The notes beneath the pieces were generated by a model that saw only the letters and a list, made by a program, of their open reading frames with translations, was not told the DNA's origin and did no database searches. 43,980 nt of DNA from Candidatus Poribacteria bacterium (GTDB lineage: Bacteria > Poribacteria > WGA-4E > JAJRTO01). The stretch is taken from contig JAJRTO010000216.1 of NCBI GenBank assembly GCA_024278235.1, forward strand, positions 1 to 43,980, given 5' to 3'. Position 1 is the first letter of the stretch. Each line of letters begins with the position of its first letter. Positions 1 through 7,675 of this stretch are shown piece after piece. The position numbers and the translations under genes were made by a program.

Positions 1-1
1 C

Positions 2-2782
2 ACCCTGGCATTCAACAACAACGGAGATCCCTGGTGGCGTCATGGCCCGAATCCCGCGAGTTCGTCGGATATCTGGTTGGTCCGTGCGCAGGTTGGCGCC
101 GATGATTACCGGAAGCTCCCAACGGCACCGGGCCGAAACATGTGGCCGATGTGGGACGTTGACGGACGGAAGCTCTACTTTGTTTCAGATCGGGATGGGC
201 AAGAGAATCTCTGGTGTCAACCGATCGATAGTGATGAAGCAGAAAAGATCACCCGTTTTGAATCGGGTCGAGTGCTGCGTCCCTCCATTGGTGGCCAATG
301 GATCGTTTTTGAGCGGGACTTTGCTCTGTGGCGTCTGGATCTCCAAACCGATGAGGCGAGCCCCATCCCAATCAAGATCGTTGGGGATCTCAAACAAGTG
401 GAACGACAGCATGTCTCTTACAATGGAAACATGAATGAATTTGGGCTCTCCCCTGACGGCAAGAAGATCAGCATCGTTGTTCGGGGCGAATTATTTGCCG
501 TCTCGGCAGAGAAGGGCACTGAAAAAGGCCGCCCTCCCTTCCGCGTGACGGAGACCACCGCGCGCGAGTCACTCGTTTCCTGGAATCCCGAAAGCAAGCA
601 GGTCGTGTATATATCGGATCGGGATGGGAACAATCAGGTCTATCTCTATGATTTCATGGAACATAAGGAAACCCGGGTGACGGATGGTGCCGGTCAGAAG
701 TATCTGCCCAGATTCTCTCCTGACGGGAAGTGGATCGCCTATTTTCTGGGGGATTCAGAGATCCGCCTGATCAATACGGAGACCCATGAGGATCGTCCTT
801 TCATAGAAGGCATGTTCTGGGGCGTATCGCCTCCTTCGGACTATGCCTGGTCGCCGGATAGTAAGTGGATTGCTTTTGCAGCATGCGACGACCGATATTT
901 CATGAATCTCCATGTGCAGCATCTCGACTGGACAGAAGCACGTCCCATCACTTTTTTGAGCCATATTGGTGCCGGAGGCGTCCTCTGGTCTCCCGACGGA
1001 AAATACATCATCTTTGATACGACTCAATATCGTACAGAAACCCAGATCGCTCGCGTCGATCTGACCCCAATCCCACCAGAATTGCGCGAGGATGAATTCG
1101 ACAAGCTGTTTGAAGAAGATGAGGAAAACGAGAAAGAGAAAGAGAAAGAGAAAGAAAAGAAAGACAAAAAGGAGAACGGGGGAAGCGAATCGGCGGAGGT
1201 AGTGACGGAGAAGAAGGATGGCGGGGCAGACGACCAGGGAGAAAAAGAAAACAAACAGAAAAATGAAAAAGGAAAAGAGAAAAAGGAGCCGGAGCCTGTC
1301 GAAATTGAATTTGAAGGGATCCGATATCGGCTTCGTTTCCTCACCCATCATAAGCTCGGCGCCAGTGCACGGTGTATAAGCCCCGACAGCAAGACGCTGA
1401 TTTACTGTGCCCCATCCAATGGTGGACAGCGGAACCTCTGGAGTTTGTCGTTCGATGAAGACAAGAAGGAGGATCCGCCGAAGCAGTTGACGTCATCCAG
1501 TGGAGGCAAAGGAGCCGTCTATTTCGTCCCAGATGGGAAAAAGATCTACTTCACCGATGGTGGGAAGATCCACTCCCGAGAGTTTCCAGACGGGGATGCA
1601 AAAGCACTCGAAACCCAACTGAGCTTTGACGTGGACGTGCAGGCAGAGAAGATGCAGATGTTCCGCGAAGCCTGGACACTCCTGCACGACCATTTCTATG
1701 ATCCGGAACACCATGGAGCCGACTGGAACAGTGTACGAACTCAGATCGAACCTGTGCTGGCAGGCGTGCAAACGCAAAAGGAATTTCATGAACTGCTCAA
1801 CCTGATGCTCGGCGAACTCAATGCATCTCATCTGGGTGCTGGCGGTGGAGGAGCCGGGGTGCATAATGCCTACCTGGGTGTGGATTTTGATCAGGCTGAA
1901 CTTGAGCAATCCGGCCGGTACAGGATCTCTTACGTGTTCCCGGAGAGCCCCGCCACATTTGCGAAAGAACCACTCCAGGCCGGAGATACTATCCTGGAGA
2001 TCGATGGTTCTGCACTGGAACCTTATGCGAATCTGGATCTCCTTCTGTACCGTAAGGCGAACCGCCGGGTCCGCCTGAAAGTGAGGACCTCATCCGGGGG
2101 TGCAGATACGCGTGATGTCATCATCCAACCCACGCATGCAGGCGGTCATTCGGAATTGTGCTATAAGGATTGGGTACGTTGGAACGCACGTTACGTCCAC
2201 GAAAAGAGCGACGGCCGTCTTGGGTACGTCCACATACGTGCCATGTCTTATGAAGCCTATATCAAATTCATGGTCGATCTGGATACCGAAACGCATAGCA
2301 AAGAAGGGGTCATTGTCGATGTCCGTTTCAACGGCGGCGGACACATCGAGCCTTTTATCATCGACGTGATCCGTCGTAAGACGTTCACCTTCTCCACCTA
2401 CCGCAATCATCGGTCCGTGCCTTCTGCGACGATGGCCGGGAATTATGTTTTGGATAAACCCACCATCCTACTGCAGAACGAACACTCCTACAGCAATACC
2501 GAGATGTTCAGTGAAAGCTATCGCAGGCTGGGCCTTGGGAAGATCGTTGGCAAACCAACCGGTGGCGCGGTGATCTGGACATGGGGTTGGACTCTGCTGG
2601 ATGGCACCAGCCTCCGTCTGCCGCGTATGAAGGTGTCCACCATGGATGGAGAAAATCTCGAGGGAAATGCACGGCCTGTTGATTTTGAGAGAGACCGACC
2701 TCTGGGAGAAGCAGCCCAGGGCAAGGACAGTCAATTGGATGTCGCAATTGAAAAACTGCTGGAGCAGATCGATTCGGATTAG
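2..2782 (+). CDS. Tricorn protease homolog (beta-propellers + PDZ + S41 peptidase core); 5' end cut by window edge
   Basis: Frame is open from nt 2 (TLAFNNNGDPWWRHGPNP... precedes the TTG at 77). Repeated SPDGK/WSPD propeller motifs, PDZ-like LQAGDTILEIDG, and S41-type VRFNGGGH ... NEHSYSNTEMF ... GKPTGG near the C-terminus. Confidence 0.85.
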   Translation, partial: TLAFNNNGDPWWRHGPNPASSSDIWLVRAQVGADDYRKLPTAPGRNMWPMWDVDGRKLYFVSDRDGQENLWCQPIDSDEAEKITRFESGRVLRPSIGGQWIVFERDFALWRLDLQTDEASPIPIKIVGDLKQVERQHVSYNGNMNEFGLSPDGKKISIVVRGELFAVSAEKGTEKGRPPFRVTETTARESLVSWNPESKQVVYISDRDGNNQVYLYDFMEHKETRVTDGAGQKYLPRFSPDGKWIAYFLGDSEIRLINTETHEDRPFIEGMFWGVSPPSDYAWSPDSKWIAFAACDDRYFMNLHVQHLDWTEARPITFLSHIGAGGVLWSPDGKYIIFDTTQYRTETQIARVDLTPIPPELREDEFDKLFEEDEENEKEKEKEKEKKDKKENGGSESAEVVTEKKDGGADDQGEKENKQKNEKGKEKKEPEPVEIEFEGIRYRLRFLTHHKLGASARCISPDSKTLIYCAPSNGGQRNLWSLSFDEDKKEDPPKQLTSSSGGKGAVYFVPDGKKIYFTDGGKIHSREFPDGDAKALETQLSFDVDVQAEKMQMFREAWTLLHDHFYDPEHHGADWNSVRTQIEPVLAGVQTQKEFHELLNLMLGELNASHLGAGGGGAGVHNAYLGVDFDQAELEQSGRYRISYVFPESPATFAKEPLQAGDTILEIDGSALEPYANLDLLLYRKANRRVRLKVRTSSGGADTRDVIIQPTHAGGHSELCYKDWVRWNARYVHEKSDGRLGYVHIRAMSYEAYIKFMVDLDTETHSKEGVIVDVRFNGGGHIEPFIIDVIRRKTFTFSTYRNHRSVPSATMAGNYVLDKPTILLQNEHSYSNTEMFSESYRRLGLGKIVGKPTGGAVIWTWGWTLLDGTSLRLPRMKVSTMDGENLEGNARPVDFERDRPLGEAAQGKDSQLDVAIEKLLEQIDSD
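1112..1297 (+). repeat. Lys/Glu-rich low-complexity insert inside the tricorn homolog, including (GAGAAA)x4 at 1130..1153
   Basis: Translation EEDEENEKEKEKEKEKKDKKENGG...KENKQKNEKGKEKKEPEP. The purine-only hexamer repeat is visible in the DNA. Confidence 0.85.
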
Positions 2783-2838
2783 CTTTTAGCGATCCGCAAT
2801 GAGTTCTCAACAGAACATCGAGCTTCCCAACTTCTCAG

Positions 2839-3771
2839 ATGATTCATGTAAACGGACTGTTCAAGAAAATCAAGAAAACAGAGGTGCTACGGGACATCAC
2901 ATTCCAGGTAGGACAGGGTGAGATTCTTGGTATTGGGGGACAAAACGGCTCCGGGAAAAGCACGCTGCTACGTGTGCTGTCGGCATTGAGCAGACCAACG
3001 TCGGGAAGTGCGTCCATTGCAGGCTATGATGTCAGTAAACAGCCCCGTGAAGTCAAACGGTGTGTGGGCTATGTTGGAGCAGAACCCATTGGATACGAAA
3101 ACCTGCTTGTCGAGGAATACCTCGATTTCTGGGCATCTGCTCATGGTCTCCCGAAACAGGTTCGTGCCACCGTGGTTCAAGATGGCATCGCACTGGCGGA
3201 ACTCGAACCGTTTCGCCGTATGCCTCTCGGCGTTCTTTCAAAAGGCATTCGTCAACGGGTTCAACTGGCACGTGCCATACTCCACGACCCCCAGGTGCTC
3301 GTTCTGGATGAGCCGATCCAGTTGCTTGACACGGCTGGCGTCATTGAATGGCGGGGGATCATCCGAGAACTTGCATCACTGGGAAAAACGGTTGTGTTGG
3401 CCTCCGCTCAGCTCTGGCATTGGTTCCCCATCTGTCATCATGTTGCCTGGTTGCATGAAGGCCGGATGGTTGCATGCGACACATTGGACGCACTCTGTGG
3501 CCAGTATGGCATGCCTTACCTCACCCTGGTACAGTTTGACTCCGAGGAGATCGAGGCTCAGATACTTGAGGAGATCCCTGGGGTTTTGCAGATTGAGCCC
3601 CGGCTTTCTGGTTTCCAGTTCAGCCATTCAATAGAGCCGGGAGAACTGCTCGATCTGCTGATGGCACAACCGTGGAAGCTATGCGAATTTCGTCGAGATT
3701 GGGAAGGCATGGAACGCTGGCTGGCTTCTGTATTGAGTAGCCATGTGACAAAGCCTGGAACTGTCTCATGA
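2839..3771 (+). CDS. ABC transporter ATP-binding protein (no permease gene adjacent)
   Basis: Walker A GQNGSGKST, degenerate signature LSKGIRQR, Walker B VLVLDEP, ~90-aa C-terminal extra domain. Confidence 0.85.
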   Translation: MIHVNGLFKKIKKTEVLRDITFQVGQGEILGIGGQNGSGKSTLLRVLSALSRPTSGSASIAGYDVSKQPREVKRCVGYVGAEPIGYENLLVEEYLDFWASAHGLPKQVRATVVQDGIALAELEPFRRMPLGVLSKGIRQRVQLARAILHDPQVLVLDEPIQLLDTAGVIEWRGIIRELASLGKTVVLASAQLWHWFPICHHVAWLHEGRMVACDTLDALCGQYGMPYLTLVQFDSEEIEAQILEEIPGVLQIEPRLSGFQFSHSIEPGELLDLLMAQPWKLCEFRRDWEGMERWLASVLSSHVTKPGTVS

Positions 3772-3852
3772 ATGGACAGCGATGATGACGCCAGCCCGCG
3801 ATTCATTCGCTTACGTCGAACTCACGTTAACTAACAACGAAAGGATTTCATC

Positions 3853-4845
3853 ATGGTTAAAATTGGAATGATCAGTTTTGCTCACGTGCATGCCGAAGGG
3901 TATGCGAGACAAGTCAATGAAAATCCCGATGCAGAACTCGTTGCCATCTGGGATCAAGAGGAGTATGGTGGGAAACAAGCCGCTGAAAGGCATAACGTGC
4001 CCTTCTATGAGGATCTGGGGGCTTTCCTGGCAAGTGGCATCGACGCCGTTGTCGTGAACGCGATAACCGCCGATCATCCTGATGTCATGGTCGCAGCGGC
4101 TCAGGCAGGCAAACATATCTTCACAGAAAAGGCGCTCGCCATCGATGTCACCGGCTGTGATCAGATCATCGAAGCGGTCGAAGTGGCCAATGTCAAGTTC
4201 ATGATCTCGCTGCCATCGCGTGCCAATGGTGATATCCTGTTCGCCAAGAAAGCCGTCGACGATGGAATCCTGGGCGAGATCACTTTCGGACGTGGCCGTA
4301 TTGCTCACTCCGCCGCACTCGACCGTTGGTTTAGTGGCTCAAGTGCCTGGTTTGCCGATGCCGAGCGTGCCGGTGGTGGTGCACTGTTTGACCTGGGCTG
4401 CCATCGCGTCGATGTGATCCGCTGGCTCATGGGGGAACCTAAAAGTGTGATTGCCAAGATCAATAATTTCGCAGATGCCTACCCTATCGACGACAATAGC
4501 GTTGCTGTCGTGGAATTTGCCAACAAGGCATTGGGCATCATCGATTGTACCTGGATACACCGCTCTGGACCCAATATGCTCGAGATCTACGGCACGGAAG
4601 GTTCCATCGCTATCGGTCATGGAGGCATGCATTTCGAGACCCGGAAGCTAGACGAGGAACAGAAGAAAGAGTATCTGGAGAATCGTCCCGAACCACCTGA
4701 ATCACCAATGCGGCAATGGGTGAACGCTATCGAGAAAGACACACCCATGACCATCACGATCCAGGACGGACGCAATCTCACCGAACTTCTCCAGGCGACC
4801 TATCTGTCTGCTGAGCAGGGCCGGTCGATTGAGTTGCCGCTATAG
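3853..4845 (+). CDS. Gfo/Idh/MocA family NAD(P)-dependent oxidoreductase
   Basis: N-terminal Rossmann start MVKIGMISFAHVHAEGYA, EKAL motif (FTEKALA), family-typical C-terminal alpha/beta domain, GAAAGGA RBS upstream. Confidence 0.85.
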   Translation: MVKIGMISFAHVHAEGYARQVNENPDAELVAIWDQEEYGGKQAAERHNVPFYEDLGAFLASGIDAVVVNAITADHPDVMVAAAQAGKHIFTEKALAIDVTGCDQIIEAVEVANVKFMISLPSRANGDILFAKKAVDDGILGEITFGRGRIAHSAALDRWFSGSSAWFADAERAGGGALFDLGCHRVDVIRWLMGEPKSVIAKINNFADAYPIDDNSVAVVEFANKALGIIDCTWIHRSGPNMLEIYGTEGSIAIGHGGMHFETRKLDEEQKKEYLENRPEPPESPMRQWVNAIEKDTPMTITIQDGRNLTELLQATYLSAEQGRSIELPL

Positions 4846-4861
4846 CTTTCGATAGAACTTC

Positions 4862-6076
4862 ATGCAAACCTATGCAGGTAACGAATCCCATCGCAGATTT
4901 CCACTGATCCGTCTGCTTCTGATTTTAGGCGTCATCGCGTTCGCCGTGTGGTTTGCTCCGCGCGTCCTGGACCGCACCCCACCCAGCCTGTCCGTTGAGG
5001 GGCTGGAACCGGGTGGTCGATATCGTGGTGTGGTCAGTATCGCCATCACAGGAGAAGATTCAGGCCAGGGACTCGATATGGTGCGCGTGACCCGGGATGG
5101 TCAGTTTCTGGCCGAGATTCGTCTCCAGGGTAAACAAGCCCGGACCACCTATCCCTGGGACACGACTTCCCTGTCAGATGGCGTTTATCTGATACAGGTG
5201 GAGCTTACGGATGCCTCAATATGGCACAAAAGCTCCCGCGCTCAGTTCGATGTCATCGTCGATAATACGCCTCCGGAGATCGCTTTGCTCTCCGTACCGG
5301 AGAACGCGATACAAGGGCAGACGATCTCCTTTTTTGTAAAAAGTGATGAGACTTTACGAAAAGCGGAGGGGTCATTTCTCGACAGAAAGATCCCCTTCTT
5401 CTCTTCCGGCACTCGAATGCGGACCTTCGTGGGAATCCAACATAATGCCAATGCGGGAACATACAGGATGGAAGTCCGTGCATGGGATCTCGCCGGCAAT
5501 GAGAATGTCACCCAAATGCAGGTTGTGTTGAAGAAGGGGGATTTCAAAACGGGACGGGTGAACCTCTCCCAGAAGAAACGCTCCCTGCTCACAGATCGGG
5601 ACAAGAAGCAGACCAACCGAGAGAGGCGAGCACAGGCACTTGAGACAAGCAGTTCTCGACAGATCTGGAACGGTCTTTTCAAGAAACCCACCCGGGGGGT
5701 GACCACCTCAACGTTCGGAGCACGGCGTGTCTACAACAGTGGCGTGGTGCGTTCTGTCCATCTGGGGTGGGATATCGCGAATCGGAAAGGTACCGATGTG
5801 TTTGCTGCGAATGATGGCATCGTGGTGCTCGCAGAAGAACTCCCCATTCACGGCAACAACATCCTCCTGGATCACGGACAGGGAGTTTTCAGTGGCTACG
5901 CACATCTGAACGAGATTCTTGTCAGCGTCGGTGACGATGTTCAAAAAGGTCAACTCATCGGTCGCATGGGAACCACGGGGCAGTCCACAGGCTCTCATCT
6001 GCACTGGGAGATGTTTGTCCAGGGAGTGCCCGTGGATCCCGCGCAATGGTTGACACAGGATTTCAGAAGTCCTTGA
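4862..6076 (+). CDS. Membrane-anchored M23 (LytM-type) metallopeptidase with Ig-like middle domains
   Basis: N-terminal TM (LIRLLLILGVIAFAVWF). M23 signature HLGWDIA ... GNNILLDHGQGVFSGYAHL ... GTTGQSTGSHLHWEM. Confidence 0.9.
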   Translation: MQTYAGNESHRRFPLIRLLLILGVIAFAVWFAPRVLDRTPPSLSVEGLEPGGRYRGVVSIAITGEDSGQGLDMVRVTRDGQFLAEIRLQGKQARTTYPWDTTSLSDGVYLIQVELTDASIWHKSSRAQFDVIVDNTPPEIALLSVPENAIQGQTISFFVKSDETLRKAEGSFLDRKIPFFSSGTRMRTFVGIQHNANAGTYRMEVRAWDLAGNENVTQMQVVLKKGDFKTGRVNLSQKKRSLLTDRDKKQTNRERRAQALETSSSRQIWNGLFKKPTRGVTTSTFGARRVYNSGVVRSVHLGWDIANRKGTDVFAANDGIVVLAEELPIHGNNILLDHGQGVFSGYAHLNEILVSVGDDVQKGQLIGRMGTTGQSTGSHLHWEMFVQGVPVDPAQWLTQDFRSP

Positions 6077-6089
6077 TCTGTATATCCCG

Positions 6090-6857
6090 TTGTATTTGCA
6101 ATCCTATCGGAGGAATCGGAGTTTGGCAACCTCAATTGAGCAGAGGCAAAAGAAGGGGGATATCGGGGCGTTCGCCTGGAAGCCCCAAAGAGATCTTGCA
6201 GATCGAATGGACCCCGCCTTCTGGGATCCGCACCTGTTGAGCCAGATCGAGAAGCTCCATGCGATCCCTCATCCCATCGTGACGCTTGGTGATCTCGACC
6301 CGTTCATCACCTATGGTCCCATCGTCGTTGGCAGCGGTTTACCTGATGGAGCGGAGGGACCTTATTTCATCAATACATCGCACCTACTTCCTACCGGACT
6401 TGGGCCCCTCACCCAATGCGTTCCCCGGGGATCCGAGTGGGATATTCCCCGCTGTCGAGTCCAACAGGGGGATGTCTTACTGGTGCGCTCCGGAGTGGCA
6501 ACCCTCGGACGAACCATCGTTTACCTGGAGGATGAACCCGCTATTGTCGGCTGCTATGTCGATATTGTCCGTCAAGAAGCCGTGGATCCCTGTTACCTGT
6601 GCGTGTTTCTGAAATCCCGCTATGGACAGTTGCAGATCCAACGCCTCAAGAACGGTGTGGGGACAGTCAACCTCTCCTTTGCACAGATTCGCTCGATTCA
6701 ACTGCCCATTCTGCCGGATTCCACGCAAAACGAGATCGCCGAAGGATACAGGCAAGTGCATGCGCTGCACACATGCGGCAACAGGGAACTGGCAGAGCAA
6801 CATCTGAGGGTTCTGATCCAGCATCTGGAGCGGATGTTCTTAGCTCCTTACCAGTAA
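6090..6857 (+). CDS. HsdS-like DNA specificity protein with a single target-recognition domain plus one C-terminal helical conserved region
   Basis: TRD-type pattern: RMDPAFWDP ... QQGDVLLVRSGVATLGRTIVY ... YLCVFLKSRYGQLQIQRLKNGVGTVNLSFAQIRSIQLPILPDSTQNEIAEGY. TTG start 13 nt after the M23 stop; the exact start is uncertain. Confidence 0.7.
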   Translation: MYLQSYRRNRSLATSIEQRQKKGDIGAFAWKPQRDLADRMDPAFWDPHLLSQIEKLHAIPHPIVTLGDLDPFITYGPIVVGSGLPDGAEGPYFINTSHLLPTGLGPLTQCVPRGSEWDIPRCRVQQGDVLLVRSGVATLGRTIVYLEDEPAIVGCYVDIVRQEAVDPCYLCVFLKSRYGQLQIQRLKNGVGTVNLSFAQIRSIQLPILPDSTQNEIAEGYRQVHALHTCGNRELAEQHLRVLIQHLERMFLAPYQ

Positions 6858-6887
6858 ATTTCTTGCCCGACGGGCAAAAGACTCGGT

Positions 6888-6913
6888 TCATCCGACTTGC
6901 GTGTGGTCATGGG
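6888..6913. repeat. 26-nt exact repeat TCATCCGACTTGCGTGTGGTCATGGG, copy A (copy B at 30272..30297, same orientation)
   Basis: Direct comparison of the two intergenic sequences. 29 nt match with one mismatch if GG[T/C] is included. Copy A ends 1 nt before the AGGAG SD of the methyltransferase. Confidence 0.95.
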
Positions 6914-6924
6914 TAGGAGAACTT

Positions 6925-7632
6925 ATGTCGCCAACTCGTAAAGATCTCGGGCAGTATTTTACCCCGCCGGAAATCATCCGCTTCATCTACGATATGATCG
7001 ACTTTCAGCCCCATTGGCGCGTTATGGATCCTGCCTGTGGAGATGGAGGCTTTCTGCGGGAAGCTATCCAACGCGGTTGTACCAACGTCACGGGGATCGA
7101 TATCGATCCGGGAGTTGTGAGACAAGCCCGGTGTCATTTAGCAGGAGCCCGAATTCACTGTGCGGATGGCCTCCAGTACAAGTACGATACCTTCGATTTG
7201 GTGATCGGCAATCCACCTTTCCGCAATCAACACCGTGCCCTCTATTCGGAGACTGTGAAGCATTCACTCTGCAAAGAAGTGAATTTTCCAGCGGATCGAT
7301 CCATCCCTCTGGAAGTGCTGTTTCTGGCGAAGTTCATCGCTCTGGCACGTCCCAGTGGCAAAGTCGCCATCATCCTTCCTACCGGTGTGTTCGCCAACTC
7401 CCGACTGCGTTTTGTGAGGGAATACCTGATCGAGCAATGCACGTTACATGCGGTTGTTCAATTGCCCCCCGGTGCCTTCCGACATACCCAGGCACACACG
7501 TGCATCCTCCACTTGACTCGCACCCCTTCATCCGTTCACCATCAGGTGTTCCTGGCCGTTGTGGGTCGGGATCTACGGAGGAGTTTGGATCGGGTCTTGA
7601 GTACATGGCGAGCGAAAGAGATAGGGGGATAG
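6925..7632 (+). CDS. Minimal gamma-class N6-adenine DNA methyltransferase (catalytic domain only, 235 aa)
   Basis: GQYFTPP (motif X), MDPACGDGGFL (motif I), GIDID (II), VIGNPPF (IV), GKVAIILP, LPPGAF. AGGAG lies 5 nt upstream of the ATG at 6925; the track ORF begins at GTG 6901. Confidence 0.85.
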   Translation: MSPTRKDLGQYFTPPEIIRFIYDMIDFQPHWRVMDPACGDGGFLREAIQRGCTNVTGIDIDPGVVRQARCHLAGARIHCADGLQYKYDTFDLVIGNPPFRNQHRALYSETVKHSLCKEVNFPADRSIPLEVLFLAKFIALARPSGKVAIILPTGVFANSRLRFVREYLIEQCTLHAVVQLPPGAFRHTQAHTCILHLTRTPSSVHHQVFLAVVGRDLRRSLDRVLSTWRAKEIGG

Positions 7633-7644
7633 GGGGATAGGGAG
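7621..7644. repeat. Three tandem 8-mers ATAGGGGG/ATAGGGGG/ATAGGGAG spanning the methyltransferase stop codon
   Basis: Read directly. Followed by the small hairpin GTTTCT-cctat-AGAAAC (7644..7660) between the convergent genes. Confidence 0.9.
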
Positions 7645-7675
7645 TTTCTCCTATAGAAACAGGATAAAATGCCCG

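Noticed and set aside
77-79. TTG at 77 as the true start of the tricorn homolog
   Set aside because: The frame stays open to nt 2 and the upstream residues look like continued propeller sequence. Family members are also about 150-200 aa longer at the N-terminus, so the gene is truncated by the window edge.
7621-7644. Tandem ATAGGGGG units as a CRISPR-like or phase-variation element
   Set aside because: Only three contiguous 8-mers with no spacers. They lie at or after the last three codons of the methyltransferase, so slippage would barely change the protein.
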